In this document: piece after piece, positions 1-9,862 of the stretch | Layout: each line of letters starts with the position of its first letter | Position numbering within the stretch: position 1 is the stretch's first letter | Assembly: GCA_964425075.1 (NCBI GenBank) | Contig: CAYRKM010000002.1 | Coordinates: 162,898-226,897, forward strand | DNA from: an uncultured Gammaproteobacteria bacterium | GTDB lineage: Bacteria > Patescibacteriota > Microgenomatia > Levybacterales > GWA1-39-11 | Length of the DNA: 64,000 nucleotides | Reading direction: 5' to 3' | Position numbers and translations under genes: made by a program | The notes under the pieces: model-generated | Seen by the model: the letters and a program-made list of their open reading frames with translations, nothing else | What the model was told of the DNA's origin: nothing | The model's database searches: none

Positions 1-934
1 TTAAATCATGCTCTGACTGAAGACGTCTAGCCTTTGTCCTCATCTCAGGAACTGAAAGTCCCGGGGTGTCATCAATATAAAGAGGGGCTTCCGCAAGCTG
101 CCCCATTGAAACGGACAATTTCTCAAAATCTTCATCTGATAATCGTCCTGTTTTTAACTTCCATGCATCAATATCACCAAGGCTTACAACAAGTCTATCT
201 GCAAGCTCTTCTTTACTCATTTCGAGAGAAAAAACTCCAACTGGCTGCTTATTAACAACAGCAGCATGAGCTGCAATATTAATAACAAAAGCCGTTTTTC
301 CCTGGCCGGGACGTGCAGCAAGAATAATAAGATTTGACTGCTGAAGACCTGATAATAAATTATCAAGATCAGTAAATCCTGTTTCAATTCCGCGAAGTCC
401 TTCACCGTTTCGCTGTAATTCTTCTATTCTGTCGAAACTCTCAGCAAGTGTTTCTTTAATATGTATAAATCCTTGCTTTATATGCTCTTGAGAAACCTTA
501 AATATCTCCTGCTCTGAATGAGACAATATTTCGTTTGCCTCTTTATCCTCAGTAAATGCATCTTCAGTTATCTGGCCACTTATTTGAATAAGAGAACGCC
601 TTACATATTTTTCTCTTATAATTTGTGCGTAATATTCACTATTTGCCGCAGTGGGAACTATGTTAGTAAGAGACGAAAGATAAGCACTCCCTCCTACCTT
701 ATCGTGCATTTTCTTTTTTTTAAGAAAACTAGTTATGGTCAGAAGGTCAATTGGTTTCCTTTCTTCATATAAAGTAAGCATCACATCATAAATTGCCTTA
801 TGTCTTTCGTCATAAAAGTTATCAGAAGAAACAAGTTGTGAAACAGAAATAATTGCATCCTTATCAATAAGAATTGCGCCTAAAACGGCCTGCTCTGCTT
901 CAATATCATGAGGAGGGATACGAACAACTGCCAT
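1..934 (-). CDS. dnaB: Replicative DNA helicase DnaB (3' part runs off the window)
   Basis: Manual translation from ATG at 934: MAVVRIPPHDIEAEQAVLGAIL..., Walker A IILAARPGQGKT, FSLEMS, YIDDTPG. Absent from the ORF track because it is truncated. Confidence 0.95.
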   Translation of the reverse strand, partial: MAVVRIPPHDIEAEQAVLGAILIDKDAIISVSQLVSSDNFYDERHKAIYDVMLTLYEERKPIDLLTITSFLKKKKMHDKVGGSAYLSSLTNIVPTAANSEYYAQIIREKYVRRSLIQISGQITEDAFTEDKEANEILSHSEQEIFKVSQEHIKQGFIHIKETLAESFDRIEELQRNGEGLRGIETGFTDLDNLLSGLQQSNLIILAARPGQGKTAFVINIAAHAAVVNKQPVGVFSLEMSKEELADRLVVSLGDIDAWKLKTGRLSDEDFEKLSVSMGQLAEAPLYIDDTPGLSVPEMRTKARRLQSEHDL

Positions 935-941
935 ACATTAA

Positions 942-1027
942 TTAGTAGTAAGTAGGTGGTAAATGGTAGAAAGAGATAAAAAATACTGCTGTTTCCTTGC
1001 TACTTACTACATTCTACATACTACCTG
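942..1027. repeat. Inverted pair of degenerate 7-bp arrays (NNNGTAG ... CTACNNN)
   Basis: TTAGTAG TAAGTAG GTGGTAA ATGGTAG (942-969) and CTACTTA CTACATT CTACATA CTACCTG (1000-1027). Confidence 0.85.
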
Positions 1028-1519
1028 TCATTTCTTTACCAGATATACTATATTCGCGGGTAATTCTTCTTTTTTTCGAAGTGTTACTTTTGTAACTTTA
1101 TTTTCTTTTATTTTTTCTGGAATATTTCCCTCTTCTCCATACACAACTATAATGCCACTTGAAATAGAAGTTAGTTGAGATTCCTCAAGTGGTCCATTTG
1201 CCTTAACAATTACAACGTCAAAGTCATCCTCATCTGTTAATTTTGCAATAGAATCTGACAATACATGTAGTGCTCTTCCTTCTCCATTGTCTATTTCGTA
1301 CTTCGTTGATCCTTCCTGCCTATTACCCTTTACAATAATGCCTCCCGCTTCATATTCACCAGGTCCATAAATGCAAAGGACATCATCATCAAAAGAAGAA
1401 TCACTAGCATCATCAAGAACAATAATTTTTGCGTCGTCAGCTGTTTGAGGGTTAAAAAGAACATGGCCATTTTTGCCAGTAATTTTTAGTGTTTGTTGAT
1501 ACGGTACTGTAAGTTCCAT
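1028..1519 (-). CDS. Degenerate metallo-beta-lactamase-fold-like protein
   Basis: IYGPGEYEAGGIIVKG resembles the small MBL-fold family; metal-binding His residues not evident; start placed at MELTV. Confidence 0.5.
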   Translation of the reverse strand: MELTVPYQQTLKITGKNGHVLFNPQTADDAKIIVLDDASDSSFDDDVLCIYGPGEYEAGGIIVKGNRQEGSTKYEIDNGEGRALHVLSDSIAKLTDEDDFDVVIVKANGPLEESQLTSISSGIIVVYGEEGNIPEKIKENKVTKVTLRKKEELPANIVYLVKK

Positions 1520-1646
1520 AGAATGTGTCACTAATATTACCACTAACCCTCATTCCTTGACAAGGAGAAAACAATCAACTATTATCGGTTAGGCGCATCA
1601 AGACACAAGAGATTTAGAAGTCATCCCCTGTCCGCACTTTATATAA

Positions 1647-2069
1647 ATGAAAGAACGTTTTGTCATAATAATTATTGCAATTGTTGCCGGTCTTTTTATA
1701 ACATCGGCTGGGTTTTTTATATATCAAGCTACCAAAAAGCCTGCAGATGAAAATATTTCAACCAATATAAACGCTTCACCAACAGAAACGCCAGAAAATT
1801 CTTTATACATAAAAATTACAGAGCCAGCAGATGAACTAATAACCAATAAAAGAACACTGCAAATAAAAGGTTCTACAAATCGCAATAATACAGTTATTGT
1901 TTCTACAAATCAGGAAGATGTAACCGGAAAACCAACAAATGACGGAGAATTTTCTATTACTATAGAAATTGATGCCGGTGCAAATATCGTTACGACCCGC
2001 GCGATTTCTCCAAGTGGAGACTCAGTTGAGGACAAAAGAACAATAACTTATTCATCCGAAGAATTTTAA
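1647..2069 (+). CDS. Membrane-anchored Ig-like domain protein
   Basis: N-terminal TM helix; ITEPAD...IKGST...GEFSITIEIDAGANIVTTRA Ig-like pattern. Confidence 0.65.
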   Translation: MKERFVIIIIAIVAGLFITSAGFFIYQATKKPADENISTNINASPTETPENSLYIKITEPADELITNKRTLQIKGSTNRNNTVIVSTNQEDVTGKPTNDGEFSITIEIDAGANIVTTRAISPSGDSVEDKRTITYSSEEF

Positions 2070-2074
2070 CCTAT

Positions 2075-2878
2075 ATGAAAAAAATAATATTCTTACTAAT
2101 AATTTTTCTTTTCCTAAATCAAAATATTGCTTTTGCCCAAAGTAAAACTCCCACTAAAAAACCGACTCCTACTCCTACCGCAAACACATCTCCCACAGAA
2201 AGCGAAGCGCTTGAAAAAATTCAAAGAATTAAAGATATTGTTGCCTCTAAAGTCGCAGAGCTTAATTTGGTAGAAAAAAGAGGAATTATAGGAACAATAA
2301 AACAAACATCTAGCACTCAGATAACAGTAAGGGATTTACACGATAGAAATAGAATTATTGATATCGATGAATTAACTAAGTTTGAAGGAAAAAATGATGA
2401 CAAAGATCTCGGTGTTTCTGATCTTAAAAAAGACACTAAATATTCTTTTGTGGGAATTTACAATAAGGACACTAAAAGGCTCCTTGCAAGAGTAATTTCT
2501 GAATCCTCAACTATTCCAGTGAGCATGCAGGGAGTTATTTCAAAAATTAACAAAGATGACTTTCAAATTGAGGTTATTGATGAAGAGGGGAAAAAGAAAA
2601 ACGTTGATATAGAACGCTCCACAAAAACTAGTGTTTACGATAAAGATGGAGAGCTTGCCAAATCAGGTTTCTCAGATTTTGAAATTAATACAAGAATTAT
2701 GATCGTAGGCTTTACTGATTCTGATGATAAAAATCTTATTGCAGCCACTCGCGTCATTCATTTTGAAAATTTACCCCCTTCAAAGAAAATGCAATCATTT
2801 GTAAGTCTTGGTGAAACTCCAATTTCAAGTGGTAGCGGAAAGAAGCTCGAAACTCGTACCCTTAAAGAAAGCAACTAA
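2075..2878 (+). CDS. Secreted protein with two DUF5666-like beta repeats
   Basis: Signal peptide (AFA-Q), PT linker, two repeats of G-x-I...T(K)...L/F...V-G. Confidence 0.55.
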   Translation: MKKIIFLLIIFLFLNQNIAFAQSKTPTKKPTPTPTANTSPTESEALEKIQRIKDIVASKVAELNLVEKRGIIGTIKQTSSTQITVRDLHDRNRIIDIDELTKFEGKNDDKDLGVSDLKKDTKYSFVGIYNKDTKRLLARVISESSTIPVSMQGVISKINKDDFQIEVIDEEGKKKNVDIERSTKTSVYDKDGELAKSGFSDFEINTRIMIVGFTDSDDKNLIAATRVIHFENLPPSKKMQSFVSLGETPISSGSGKKLETRTLKESN

Positions 2879-4260
2879 ATCTTTTTAAAAACTTTTGGCT
2901 TCCCTTTTGGCTGATCCAAAATCTCATAACCCATTTTTTCAATTTTATGTCTCATTTGATCGGCAAGATGAAATTTGCCATCATTTCGAAGGCTTTGCCT
3001 TTCATCAACCATCTGCAGAATAGTTCCTGGAACTTGAGTCATCTCCACTGCATTATGAAAAATCTTTACTCCCAAAATCTCATCCATTCTTCCTAAAGCA
3101 GCTGCTTTCTGAGCATCTCCTACATTACTCCTTAACATCTCCCACATAATTGATAGTGCTTTTGGCATATTTAAGTCTTGATTTACTGCATGCAAAAAAT
3201 CCATTTCATATTTATCTGCTGCCCCCTGTGGTTCTGGCAATTTGGATGCTATCTCATATATTTTCTTAAGAGCAACTGAAGCAGCTTCTAAGGATTGCCA
3301 AGTAAAATTCATCTCGCTTCTGTAATGTGTTTGCAGGGTAAGATATCTAAATGCTAATGGTGAAAATCCCTTTTCCAAAAGATCATGAATTCTATAGGTA
3401 TTTTCCAAAGATTTACTCATCTTCGTTTCATTAACCCTTAGAAAACCATGATGCACCCAGTAATTTACGAATTTCTCACCAGTTGCGCATTCGGATTGGG
3501 CAATTTCATTTGTGTGATGAACAGGTATATGATCAGTTCCTCCAGTGTGAATATCAAAATGCAGCCCCAAATATTTCATTGACATTGCGCTACATTCAAT
3601 ATGCCATCCGGGAAAACCCTCTCCCCACGGAGATGGCCACCTAAGGAAGTGGTTTTCAAACCTACCTTTTGCAAAAAACCAAAGAGCGAAATCTTGAGGG
3701 TTTTTCTTATCCTTGTCTACCACCACACCCTCTCTTGAACCAACTTCTTTCTCGTCTAATTCTTGCCCCGAAAGTTTCGTGTAATCGGGAAATTTGCTAA
3801 CATCGAAATATATTGCTTGTGGGGTTTGGTATGTATACCCTTTTTCAATAAGTGTCTCAATGAGTGCAATCTGATCTTCAATATGCTCACTTGCCCTTGG
3901 TGCAACATCTGGTTTTATAGCATTTACCCTTTTTAAACTATCCCAAAAATCCTCTTCAAAAAACCGAGCTACCTCAATCGGCGTTTTTCCGTGTTTCTCT
4001 GCTCCTTTCTCTAATTTATCAATTCCTTCGTCATTGTCTGAAGTCAAATGTCCAACATCTGTTATATTCATTACGTGCTTAACTTCATAATCATTTGCTT
4101 TTAAAACTCGAACCAAAATATCATCTCCGATGTATTTTCGAAGGTGACCGATATGCGTAAAGTCATACACGGTTGGACCACAACAATATATTCCTACTTT
4201 TGCAGGGTTAATTGGAGAAAATTCCTCAAGCTTACGAGTTAATGAATTAAAGAGTTGCAC
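2875..4260 (-). CDS. cysS: Cysteine--tRNA ligase
   Basis: CGPTVY, HIGH, PGWHIECSAM, KMSKS. Confidence 0.98.
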   Translation of the reverse strand: MQLFNSLTRKLEEFSPINPAKVGIYCCGPTVYDFTHIGHLRKYIGDDILVRVLKANDYEVKHVMNITDVGHLTSDNDEGIDKLEKGAEKHGKTPIEVARFFEEDFWDSLKRVNAIKPDVAPRASEHIEDQIALIETLIEKGYTYQTPQAIYFDVSKFPDYTKLSGQELDEKEVGSREGVVVDKDKKNPQDFALWFFAKGRFENHFLRWPSPWGEGFPGWHIECSAMSMKYLGLHFDIHTGGTDHIPVHHTNEIAQSECATGEKFVNYWVHHGFLRVNETKMSKSLENTYRIHDLLEKGFSPLAFRYLTLQTHYRSEMNFTWQSLEAASVALKKIYEIASKLPEPQGAADKYEMDFLHAVNQDLNMPKALSIMWEMLRSNVGDAQKAAALGRMDEILGVKIFHNAVEMTQVPGTILQMVDERQSLRNDGKFHLADQMRHKIEKMGYEILDQPKGKPKVFKKI

Positions 4261-4345
4261 AGCCTCAATTGTACCAGAATGGAGATAAAGAAGAAAGACT
4301 TGGAGATTAAACTCCTAAACATTCCTTAAGAGTTGATTTGGGAAG

Positions 4346-5635
4346 TTATTTAGACAAAGATTTTACTGCTTCCAAAATTTGATTGTCCAAGTTATCTTTT
4401 AGCTTGCTGCTTTGAGTGGCATCAAATTTTATTTCTATGTCTGGTTTTAGTCCCTTTTCATGTACCCATGTGCCTTTTGGAGTTAGCCATTTAGCAATGG
4501 ACACATGCACGCTTCCACCACCATCAATATCTGCTGCTTGCTGAATAGTTCCTTTCCCAAAGGTATTCTCACCTATCAACTTAGCCCTGCTATAATCACG
4601 TAGAGCGCCTGATAAAATTTCAGAAGCTGAGGCTGATCCTTTATTTACAAGCACAACAAGTGGAATGTCTAAAAGCACTCCTCGTCTATTTACACGCAAA
4701 GGTTCTTGCCTCCCACTTCCATCTTCTTGAATAACAATAGGCCCATCCTTTATAAATTCTGAAGCTATATAAACAGCATCATTAAGATAGCCCCCTGGAT
4801 TGTTTCGAACATCCAGAATAATACCCTTGAAATTGGGGGCTTTCTGAATTTGAGGAACCAAGGAGTTAATAGCACTCATCCATTCATCATTTGTTTTGTC
4901 TCCAAATTGAGAAACTCTAATGTAGGCAATGCTTGCACAATTTTGGCAACTGGATGCTACCTGGCAAGAACTACCACTACAATTAAAATACTTTATCCAT
5001 GTAGTGACACTCTTTATCTGAATAACATCTCTTGTTATTGAAATGTCACGTGCATTTTTTTCATTCTCATGAATAATTGTAAGTGATACCTTTGTTCCTT
5101 TTGGTCCCCTTATCTTCTCGACTGCCTGAGCAACAGTCCAACCATAAGTCGTTTTTCCATCCACTTTCGTAATAACATCACCACTTTTTATTCCTGCTTT
5201 TATTGCAGGAGAACCGTCTAAAGGCGAAATCACCTCTACCTGATTTTGGTCGTTGATTGTAAGTTCTGCTCCTATTCCAGAGAATTCACCAGCAAGTTGG
5301 GTCTTAAAACTCTCATTTTCTTTAGGTGGAAAAAATGATGTATATGGATCAGAGAGACTCTGAAGCATTCCAGAAATTGCACCATACACCATTTTGTTTC
5401 CATCAATTTTTGATTTGTCATAGTAATCAGAATTGATTCGCTCGACAACATCATAAAAAAGGCGCATATCAAGCGTAGTTGTAGCTGGTGGAGATTGATT
5501 TTTGATTGCAACAATTGGACGATAATTCTTCCATTGCGCAGCGACTTTATAGTTTCCAAGCAAATATCCTATCCCAATGGATATAAAAATTACGATAAAA
5601 AGCTGAAAGACACGAATGGAAATCTTCTTTGACAT
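4346..5635 (-). CDS. ctpA: C-terminal processing peptidase, S41A family with PDZ
   Basis: DPYT, GIGA, DVRNNPGG, SASASEI, TFGKG; N-terminal TM. Confidence 0.92.
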   Translation of the reverse strand: MSKKISIRVFQLFIVIFISIGIGYLLGNYKVAAQWKNYRPIVAIKNQSPPATTTLDMRLFYDVVERINSDYYDKSKIDGNKMVYGAISGMLQSLSDPYTSFFPPKENESFKTQLAGEFSGIGAELTINDQNQVEVISPLDGSPAIKAGIKSGDVITKVDGKTTYGWTVAQAVEKIRGPKGTKVSLTIIHENEKNARDISITRDVIQIKSVTTWIKYFNCSGSSCQVASSCQNCASIAYIRVSQFGDKTNDEWMSAINSLVPQIQKAPNFKGIILDVRNNPGGYLNDAVYIASEFIKDGPIVIQEDGSGRQEPLRVNRRGVLLDIPLVVLVNKGSASASEILSGALRDYSRAKLIGENTFGKGTIQQAADIDGGGSVHVSIAKWLTPKGTWVHEKGLKPDIEIKFDATQSSKLKDNLDNQILEAVKSLSK

Positions 5636-5739
5636 AGCATCTAGTATATCACCAAAAAAACACAAAATAAAAATAACGCGCTAAATGGAAAATAATTGAA
5701 GTGTCGTTTTGTTTTGACGAGCAAAAATTATAGCCCGCG

Positions 5740-5991
5740 CTATTCAGCGCGAACTATGAAGGGAAGAAAAGCCAATATTCGAGCTCTTTTGACTGCAACA
5801 GTCAATTTTCTCTGGTGCTTACTGCAAACCCCACTTCGTGAACGGCTGTGTATTTTCCCTCTTTCTGAAATAAATCTTTTCAAAATTTCGTACTCAAGAA
5901 AATCAGGATTCTTTTTCTCTTTGCAAAAGAAACACTCCTTTTTCACATCCATCTGTCTTGGTTTTCGTTGTATTGTTTTTCTTTTTGGCAT
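5740..5991 (-). CDS. rpsR: 30S ribosomal protein S18
   Basis: CFFC...FISERGKI...CSKHQR...KRARILAFLPF. Confidence 0.97.
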   Translation of the reverse strand: MPKRKTIQRKPRQMDVKKECFFCKEKKNPDFLEYEILKRFISERGKIHSRSRSGVCSKHQRKLTVAVKRARILAFLPFIVRAE

Positions 5992-5999
5992 ATTTTCTC

Positions 6000-6488
6000 C
6001 TAAAAAGGTATGTCATCAGGATTAATGTCTTCTGATGGCGCTTCCTCAGCTACTGCTTCTTCCTTTTTTACTGCTTTTTTTGCACTCTTAGAGTCCTCTT
6101 CCCTGGGTGCATCCTGAGAATAATCCTCATCTTTTACTGCTGAAGAGCCCTCTCTTTTTGAATCAAGAATAATCATGTCGTCAATAACAATTTCCGTTAA
6201 TGATTTTTGCTGACCATCTTGGGCTGTCCAACTACGAGTTGAAAGTCTTCCTTCAACATAAATTTTTCGGCCTTTTGTCAAAAGCTGAGAACATAATTCT
6301 GCAAGCTTGTTCCAAGCAATAATTCTGTGATATTCTACTTCTTCTTTCTTCTCTCCAGACTCAGTAGTCCATCCTCTATTCGTTGCAAGGCCAATAGTAA
6401 CCACTGCTGTTCCCTGAGGCGTATAACGCAACTCAGGATCTCTTGTTAAATTTCCAATTAATTGTACTCGATTAAGTGATCTTGCCAT
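6000..6488 (-). CDS. ssb: Single-stranded DNA-binding protein
   Basis: LNRVQLIGNLTRDPELRYT; C-terminal DDIPF. Confidence 0.98.
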   Translation of the reverse strand: MARSLNRVQLIGNLTRDPELRYTPQGTAVVTIGLATNRGWTTESGEKKEEVEYHRIIAWNKLAELCSQLLTKGRKIYVEGRLSTRSWTAQDGQQKSLTEIVIDDMIILDSKREGSSAVKDEDYSQDAPREEDSKSAKKAVKKEEAVAEEAPSEDINPDDIPF

Positions 6489-6548
6489 ATTTCGAACTCT
6501 TCCGCAAGCTTTAGCTTGCACTTAAAATACAAGTCATTCAGTGAGAAG

Positions 6549-6608
6549 TATACCGAAAGTCTCAGCTCAAATTGCCAGTTGGCTATTTGAGCAAGAGTTG
6601 TCGGTATA
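6549..6608. other. Long imperfect hairpin in the rpsF-ssb spacer
   Basis: TATACCGA/TCGGTATA, CTC/GAG, GCTCAAAT/ATTTGAGC, GCCA/TGGC nested pairs. Confidence 0.7.
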
Positions 6609-6611
6609 ATT

Positions 6612-6887
6612 CTAATTTACTCTCACTAACAAATGTCTTAGTATACCGTCTTGAATTCTTGATTTATTCTCTAGCTCATCTGAAATTCTTTCGCTACCAA
6701 ACTCAACGAGAACATAATCTCCTTTTAAATTACCCTTTATTGGGTACGCAAATTTCTTCTCTCCAAGTTCGACAATTTTCTCTTTATCCAATTTTCCACC
6801 CCAAGAAACAACGTCTTTTAGAAGCTTTTCCTTGGCTTCTTTTTTAAGGTCGCTTTTCAAAATTAATACTAATTTATAATCACGCAT
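6612..6887 (-). CDS. rpsF: 30S ribosomal protein S6
   Basis: MRDYKLVLIL...GEKKFAYPIK...ILRHLLVR; rpsF-ssb-rpsR order. Confidence 0.95.
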   Translation of the reverse strand: MRDYKLVLILKSDLKKEAKEKLLKDVVSWGGKLDKEKIVELGEKKFAYPIKGNLKGDYVLVEFGSERISDELENKSRIQDGILRHLLVRVN

Positions 6888-7015
6888 AATGTTTTGAGCC
6901 CAAAAAAAACTATTTCCCTTTTGGATTCGTATGACGATGATACTAAAATATGCTCAAAATTACAATAGTCTTTTCTCTTGACTCAGAATTTAAGGTGTAC
7001 TAAACTATTTGACGT

Positions 7016-8140
7016 ATGAAAAGACTTGTTATTTCTCTCATAATAGTCTTCACATTGGCCCTCATTTGGGATACATTTTCAAATAATAATCTCCAAAACT
7101 TTTTTTCTTCAAAAATATCTCAAAATGGCGAAAGTGTAAATGTCGTAAAAGAAGAGTCAGCTGTCATTGACATCGTTAAAAAAGTAAGTCCATCTGTTAT
7201 TACAATTGCAGTAAAACAAAAAAAGACAACAGAAGATCCCTTTTCTATATTTTTTAATGAAACACCAGAAAACAATGAACCAATTCCTGAAGAACAATAT
7301 ATTGGCACAGGTTTTGTTGTCAGAAAAAATGGAGTTATTGTAACTAATAAACATGTTGTTTCAGACACCAGCGAAGATTATATTGTTGTTGATGAAAAAG
7401 GGAATAAATTCGATGTTGAAAATATTTACAAAGATCCGGTTAATGATATTGCTATCATTTCAATTAAGAACCCGCCCATCAATGGTCTACCGGTTATTAC
7501 TTTGGGCAGTTCAAAAAATCTACAAGTAGGGCAATTTGTTGTTGCTATCGGAACTGCTCTTGGAGAATTTAGAAATACAGTTACTACGGGAGTTGTTTCA
7601 GGACTTGGTCGCGGAATTACCGCAGGCAGCCCATATGAGAGATTTACGGAAAGACTTGATAACGTTATTCAGACTGATGCTGCAATAAATCCCGGTAATT
7701 CAGGTGGTCCTCTATTAAATTCTAAAGGTCAAGTAATTGGCGTTAACACTGCTGTTTCAAGTCAGGGTCAGAATATTGGCTTTGCAATTCCAATTGATAC
7801 TGTAAAAGAGTCTCTTAATAACTTCACCAAAACCGGTGAATTTGAGCGCCCATTTTTAGGTGTTTCATATAATCTCATCTCGCAACGTGCAGCACTCCTA
7901 AACGAAATGCCACAGGGAGCACTTGTTCAAGACGTTGTTAAGGATTCAGCGGCTGAGAATGCAGGAATCAAACCAGGAGATATTATTACAGAAATTGATG
8001 CACAGAAAATTAATGACACTGACAAAACAATTGCTGCTATTATTTCAAAGAAAAAAATTGGGGACACAATAAAAATTAAAATATATAGGGACAATAAAAC
8101 AGAAGAGGTTTCTGCTAAACTAAAAAAGGCAGAACTTTAA
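7016..8140 (+). CDS. htrA: HtrA/DegP-family serine protease with one PDZ domain
   Basis: TNKHVV, DIAII, QTDAAINPGNSGGPL. Confidence 0.93.
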   Translation: MKRLVISLIIVFTLALIWDTFSNNNLQNFFSSKISQNGESVNVVKEESAVIDIVKKVSPSVITIAVKQKKTTEDPFSIFFNETPENNEPIPEEQYIGTGFVVRKNGVIVTNKHVVSDTSEDYIVVDEKGNKFDVENIYKDPVNDIAIISIKNPPINGLPVITLGSSKNLQVGQFVVAIGTALGEFRNTVTTGVVSGLGRGITAGSPYERFTERLDNVIQTDAAINPGNSGGPLLNSKGQVIGVNTAVSSQGQNIGFAIPIDTVKESLNNFTKTGEFERPFLGVSYNLISQRAALLNEMPQGALVQDVVKDSAAENAGIKPGDIITEIDAQKINDTDKTIAAIISKKKIGDTIKIKIYRDNKTEEVSAKLKKAEL

Positions 8141-8141
8141 T

Positions 8142-8537
8142 ATGTCGGATAATGGAAGCATAATGAATGCCGTACTTGAGGGAATCAAGGATATTGGCAA
8201 AGGAGCAGTTGAACAAGTTACTGGAGTCTCTTCTGGATCAGGAAAAGTAATGCTTGATCAAATAACTGGAAAAAAAGAAGATACGGAGGAAGAACTAAAG
8301 AAAAAACAACAAAATGCGCAAGTGCATGCTAGTTCAATGCAAATAGACGCAAGGATACAACAAATAAGAAAACAAAAGGAAGAAGAAAGAATACAGCAAG
8401 TTCAACAAGAACTAAAAAGTGAATCCCCTCCCGCTACTCTTGAAGATTCGCCTAATCCTGGGCACACAAATAATATTGCACTTGAACGTGCTCAAACAAA
8501 AATGGAAAATGAATCAGCCCGCGCAGCAAAAGGATAA
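8142..8537 (+). CDS. Hypothetical coiled-coil protein
   Basis: 131-aa ORF coupled to htrA, K/E/Q rich. Confidence 0.6.
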   Translation: MSDNGSIMNAVLEGIKDIGKGAVEQVTGVSSGSGKVMLDQITGKKEDTEEELKKKQQNAQVHASSMQIDARIQQIRKQKEEERIQQVQQELKSESPPATLEDSPNPGHTNNIALERAQTKMENESARAAKG

Positions 8538-8584
8538 CCCCTCCTCCACTATCAGCTAGCTTAAAAATGTTGTAAAATCTCTAT

Positions 8585-9808
8585 ATGTCAATTGTGCCCA
8601 AAACATTAAAAGGTTTTCGTGATTTTTTACCTGAAAAGGCTTCCAAGCGCGAATATGTAAGAAAAATTTTAAAAGAAACTTTTGTGTCATTTGGATTTGA
8701 ACCACTCGAAACTCCAAGTCTTGAATACGAGGAAGTTCTGCTTGGTAAATATGGAGAAGAAGGCGATAAATTAATGTACCGGTTTATGGATAATGGGGGT
8801 AGAAAAGTCGCGTTACGCTATGATCAAACAGTACCTCTTGCACGCGTTGTGGCACAATTTCAAAATGATATTCCACTACCCTTTAAAAGACATCAAATGC
8901 AAAATGTTTGGAGAGCTGAAAATACACAAAGAGGAAGATTTAGAGAATTTTTGCAGTGTGATATCGATACAGTTGGTGCATCATCCGCATTAACTGATGC
9001 TGAAATTATTGCGTGTGCCTATGAAGCTTATATTGCTTTGGGGTTTGATGATATAACATTTCTTGTAAATGACCGACTAATTTTTAATGAAGTTACTAAA
9101 GGCACCATAACATCAATAGATAAATTGAAAAAAATAGGTAGAGAGCGGGTTGTTGAAGAATTAGTTTCACGCGGTGAATACGACTCCTCTGAAACAGCTG
9201 AAAAGGTTCTGATAAAAATTGAACAATCAGAACCAACGCCTTGGATAAATGACGTCATAGAAACTGCAAAGAAATTAGGAGTCCCAGAACGAGCTATTCA
9301 ATTTTCTCCAACTCTTGCTCGAGGACTGGACTACTACACTTCTACTATTATTGAAGCAGTTACCCCATCTTATGAGGTTGGTTCATTGGGTGGAGGAGGA
9401 AGGTATGACAAACTTATTGGACTATTTTCAAATAAAGCGCTTCCTGCAGTTGGCTTTGCGTTTGGTTTTGATAGAGTAATTGAAGCAATGGAAGACCTTG
9501 GCCTTTTTCCTGAAGAATTAACACATGTAAAAGCGCTCGTTACCGTTTTTTCAGAAGAAACAAAAGACGCCTCACTTAAAGCAGTAAGAATTTTGCGACT
9601 TGGTAATATTTCTACAGATATTTATCTTGACGAAAATTACAAAATGGAGAAACAAATAAAATATGCCATAAAAAAACAAATTCCCTATATTGTAATAATC
9701 GGACCCGAAGAAAAGGCAAAAGGTGTTGCTGCTGTTAAAAATTTAAAAAGCGGACTTCAAACAACTATTCTCTTAGAGAATCTTACGGACGCAATTGAGG
9801 AAAACTAA
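8585..9808 (+). CDS. hisS: Histidine--tRNA ligase
   Basis: KGFRD, LRYDQT, GRFREFLQCD, RGLDYYT, GGGRYD. Confidence 0.98.
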   Translation: MSIVPKTLKGFRDFLPEKASKREYVRKILKETFVSFGFEPLETPSLEYEEVLLGKYGEEGDKLMYRFMDNGGRKVALRYDQTVPLARVVAQFQNDIPLPFKRHQMQNVWRAENTQRGRFREFLQCDIDTVGASSALTDAEIIACAYEAYIALGFDDITFLVNDRLIFNEVTKGTITSIDKLKKIGRERVVEELVSRGEYDSSETAEKVLIKIEQSEPTPWINDVIETAKKLGVPERAIQFSPTLARGLDYYTSTIIEAVTPSYEVGSLGGGGRYDKLIGLFSNKALPAVGFAFGFDRVIEAMEDLGLFPEELTHVKALVTVFSEETKDASLKAVRILRLGNISTDIYLDENYKMEKQIKYAIKKQIPYIVIIGPEEKAKGVAAVKNLKSGLQTTILLENLTDAIEEN

Positions 9809-9862
9809 AATCTTAATACCCTCTGGATTTTAAATAAGAAACCTGCGTAGAATTAATATTGG

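Noticed and set aside
6888-6935. S6:S18 regulatory leader upstream of rpsF
   Set aside because: Only a weak CCAAAA/TTTTGG pairing; the characteristic CCR-loop/SD arrangement could not be identified.
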